From the NCBI GenBank assembly GCA_001643675.2, contig LSRY02000064.1, positions 248,001-312,000 on the forward strand: a stretch of DNA of 64,000 nt, read 5' to 3'. The translations under genes and the position numbers were made by a program. Within the stretch, counting starts at the first letter, position 1. Each line of letters opens with the position of its first letter. Positions 60,388 to 64,000 of the stretch are shown here, one piece after another. The notes beneath the pieces were generated by a model. The model saw nothing but the letters and a program-made list of their open reading frames with translations. It had not been told where the DNA came from and did not search any database. This stretch comes from Monocercomonoides exilis PA203. Taxonomy: Eukaryota > Protista > Preaxostyla.

Positions 60388-63026
60388 TCATTTGAATCTC
60401 TCCTCCTTCCTGACCTGCTCGAGAAAGTTTCCGCACTGCTTGTTCACGATGTCCAGCGCCTGCCTCAGCATCTGCTGCACGCGGCTGTTCTCCTTCTCCA
60501 CCACCCGCGGGAACTTCTCTTCCATTTCGCTGTCTCTTCCGAAGATGAATGCTGCATACACATCTGATGGTGATGATCCCTTTGTGGTCATCGTGTTCTC
60601 TGACAGAAGCAAGCGCCGCTGCGCAATCGGAAGAAGAGAAAGCGCTTCGATCGATGCAATCGGAACCAAGGCTGGCCCTGTGATGTTTAAAAGGAATTTG
60701 TAAATGTGAAGGAAAGAAATTGAATGTGAATAAAATAAAAAATGAATGTGTTGCCAAAAAATAAAAGAAAAAAGAAAGAAAGAAAGATCCATTTATTTTT
60801 TTAAAAAAGCACTACGATAAACAAGCAAATAAACAACAGCAATCACATCATTAAGTTTAATAGCATTCAACAATGTTATCATCAGCATTCATACTTCCAT
60901 TGACCTGGTTGGCCAGCGATCCGAGAAGAATCTCTCTGACTCTCTGCGACAGCCCTCTCCACCGTGGTGACGGCTGCTCCACCCACCAGCCGTGGATAAG
61001 GACAGCCACACGGCTCAGCTCAGCCACCACATCTGCTTCATCAACTGTCACATATGAAATCCGCTGCTGTGCTGACGAAGACGGAGAAGGCGGAGGGACA
61101 GAGGCAGATGTAGGTGAAGGTGTGAGGGAGAATGGCGCTGGAGAAGAACTGGGAGGCGGAGAAGTCGATGGAAAGATTGTCGATGCAGAAGCCAACGGAG
61201 ACGGAGAAGGAGCTGGAGAAGGGTAAGGCAGCGACTGCACATTCTTCCCTGGAATCTCTCCATCCATTGTTCGAGTGTCGATTCTTCTGCTTGTTCGCTT
61301 CCCGCAGTACGTCATCAGTGCGTCCTCCACCTCGCTCAGCCGCACCATCTGCCCTCTCCGCACAAGCACTGTGACGCACTCGCGCAGCGACAGCTGCTGC
61401 AAGTCGGTGTGGCTCAGCTCGTCGTAGAAATAGAAGCCTCTTCCGGACTTTTCGATGTTGAACAGCAGCTTCGAGATGAACTGCGGCGTCTGCTGCTGCT
61501 GCGAAGTGATCGACTCGGGTGTGGTGAAACGCCGGAGAGAGGAAAGAGACACACGCAAAGGAGGATCGGGGAATGCCTGGTGGAAGTACTGCCGAGGGCC
61601 GACGGATGTGTGACGGAACAGAGGAGAAGACTGCGAGGGAGCGGAAGAAGACGAGGCTGAAATGGATAAAGATGTTGGAGTTGATGATGACATTGCAGAA
61701 GAAGAAGATGATGATGATGAAGCAGAAGAAGCAGAAGCAGATGAAAGAGAAGCAGATGAGGCGTCTTGAGAGCCAAACAAAGAAAAAGGAGCAGCATCTG
61801 CCGAGCCTGGCTGGCGCTTCTGCGAATACTGAGTGAGAGAAAAGCTGACTGGCGCGACGCTATCTGCAGAAGACGGAGGAGCTGTCGTGCCAGAAAAGGA
61901 AGACGCAGCGCCAAGACTGGGAAATGGGTTTAAGTCGCCTTTGTCGTCTGCTGCTGGCAGACCTGCTCTGATTGGCAGGCGATCTTCGCCTCCAACTGTC
62001 AGAATTCTCCTTTGTGTCTCCACATCCTTGTTGTCGACGAACCCCAAAGTAGAACTGTTCAAAATGCTGCTGTCTTCAAAGTCATATTCCTCCCACTTTT
62101 CTGCTTCTTCGCTTGCTTTTATCTGGCCATACAACACCCGCCGTCCGTAAGCAGAACGTTCCTGGGGCAGCACACCGCTAGATATAATTCTGCTTTTCGG
62201 CTTTGGATTGTTCCCAATCGAGCGTGTGCTTGTTGTTGCACCTCCACTAGAAGCAGATCCTGCTGGCTTTGGAGTAAGTGGAGGCGGAGATACAAATTCC
62301 TGCCCCTCTCCAATGATATTCTTTCCATCCTCTTCATCAAAATGTTTAAAAGAAGGGAAGAACTGCAAAAACGTTGGGATTTGCGTGATGTACAACTATT
62401 TGAAAAATTAACCATTAAAAGAAGTAAATTTATTGCAAATACAACAATGTTATTCAAAATTCATTCAAAAATTTCTCATCTTCACTTTCACAAAAAAAAT
62501 GAGCGGTCCTCAAAAAGGGGGGATAATAAAATAAATATCAATAATTTACATATCATTCAAACATATTCTTGTTCATGCGAGAAGTATTCAAATTTTTTGT
62601 GATATCACAAACCTTTCCTCCAGATAAGTATCCAACCATCTGATTTGCATGTTGCGTCACAACTTGAGAAGCCAAAGTCAGAGTTTTCTTTCCTCGTGCT
62701 TCACTTGCATCTACGGATTCTATTGAAATTCAATAACATTGAAGCTTCATTTCAAAAAAAGAAAAAAAATTCAAAATTTTCATACGACTGTCATAACATC
62801 CAAGCTGTGAATTGTGATAAAATTCCATCTCCATAAGTTGTTGGTGACGTTTAATTCGACATTCTTTTAATCTTTCAAATTCATATGGAATGTGTGCTGG
62901 TCGCAAAGGATACAAAAACATGCATAAATCTTCAAAATTCTCATTTAAAACAATGTCATATTCAGCAACAATTTCATCTTCATCATCTATAGTCTCCTCT
63001 ATTTTAATTTCTGGGTCAATATCCAT
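60388..63026 (-). CDS. POLR3E: RNA polymerase III subunit RPC5 (Sin-like/Rpc37), multi-exon
   Basis: N-terminal DEDEIVAEYDIVL...LCMFLYPLRP...CRIKRHQQLMEMEF, Y(L)SGG, ITQIPTFLQFFPSFKHFD and VAVLIHGWWV. Confidence 0.8.
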
Positions 63027-63737
63027 TTTCGGTGTGCTGAAAGTGGTTTAAAACTTAATTCTATTTTTCACACCGATTTTTTCAACTGATGGTATTGATC
63101 AAAAAATAAATATTTATGAAATTCTTAAGAGTCCGAAGCAGAAAATGAAATATGCGAATGAATTCTACAATTTTCCTATAATTCATCATTTTTTAACATT
63201 TTTTCAACACTTGATTTATTGTTATTTTGAAAAGATGAATTGCAATTTCACATTTAGTCAAAATCGAATTCAATTCATATATTTCACGTGTTCAAAATTA
63301 GAGTCAATTTTGCCAATATTTCTTTAAAGATCAACACTGAAATCAGGTTGTTTTTATGTAAAAATAAACAAAAAAGACCAAATCATATTACAAAAATATT
63401 TTCTTTAAAAATGGAAAAAATTCAAGAAATGACAATAGCAAAAAAAGAATCGCAAAAGAAAGTATTTTGAGTTTGATAAACTTCACAAAAAAAGCAACCA
63501 AAGTGATTTCCAAAATCAGATCCCAGAATGCAAAGCGATATCAAGATAATTGTTCTAATCAAATTATTCCAACTGATAATCTTTGAATGCGTATGTTGAA
63601 TTTATATGGTTGTTCAGTAATTATCGTTATTTGATTGGATATATTAATGTTATAAAATTCTCCTTTATTTCAAAAAACCATTTCACTGTTTGGCGTTAAT
63701 CGCAAATGCAAATCAATTCATCCATTTTCTCTTGCTT

Positions 63738-64000
63738 TCATTCGATCAACAGAGCTATTGCTGTTTCCAGGTCTCTCTCTGCAACAAGATATGTCTGTAT
63801 CGCTCTTTCCCTGTCAATTCCTGTGCATTCTATTATTGCTCGAACATCGTTTTCTCCGTCTTCTCCCAAGTCAATCGCTTCTCCTCCTTCTTCCTCTGCT
63901 TCTCTTGTCCTCTCAGCTTCTTCTTCCCCCTCCACTCTAATGCGTTCGTCGTTTTCTTCTTGTTCTTTCTTTTCTTTCTCCTCTTTCTCCTCTTTTTTTC
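63738..64000 (-). CDS. 3' end of a protein with a C-terminal UBA-like domain (gene continues beyond the window)
   Basis: DVRAIIECTGIDRERAIQTYLVAERDLETAIALLIE* after an acidic linker. Confidence 0.65.
   Translation of the reverse strand, partial: KKEEKEEKEKKEQEENDERIRVEGEEEAERTREAEEEGGEAIDLGEDGENDVRAIIECTGIDRERAIQTYLVAERDLETAIALLIE

Noticed and set aside
1-64000. Alternative genetic code (TAA/TAG read as Gln, known in some oxymonads)
   Set aside because: Conserved genes end at TAA or TGA at the expected positions, and I found no in-frame TAA/TAG in the exons I reconstructed. No gene here ends in TAG, but ~20 genes is too few to interpret.

Overview
Eukaryotic, intron-containing protist DNA using the standard genetic code, with AT-rich intergenic DNA and short GT-AG introns. 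Gene families and composition suggest an oxymonad such as Monocercomonoides; this is inference from recall, not a search. About 20 protein genes can be reconstructed by splicing: two paralogs of a lineage-specific family, a secreted GGYGL-repeat protein, Vps11, an intronless ~4050-aa receptor-like pseudokinase, a UVR-motif coiled-coil protein, a bacterial-type Fe-alcohol/butanol dehydrogenase, RPL4 with a long Lys-rich tail, DTD1, VAMP7, TFIIS, Vma12/TMEM199, an FtsX-like permease, KRI1, adenosine kinase, a CDK11/10-like kinase, RPC5, an unknown protein and a partial UBA protein. The most unusual items are: (1) a gene not visible in the ORF track that fuses a UFD1 N-terminal domain, a U-box and a PPxY-rich tail; (2) two adjacent large palindromes in a gene-free stretch, one near-perfect (567 bp) and one old and diverged; (3) a splice-signal dialect rich in GTT donors and AAG acceptors; (4) large Ser-rich insertions in housekeeping proteins, including a kinase activation loop. 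All exon boundaries were derived by eye. No tRNA, rRNA or CRISPR array was recognised.
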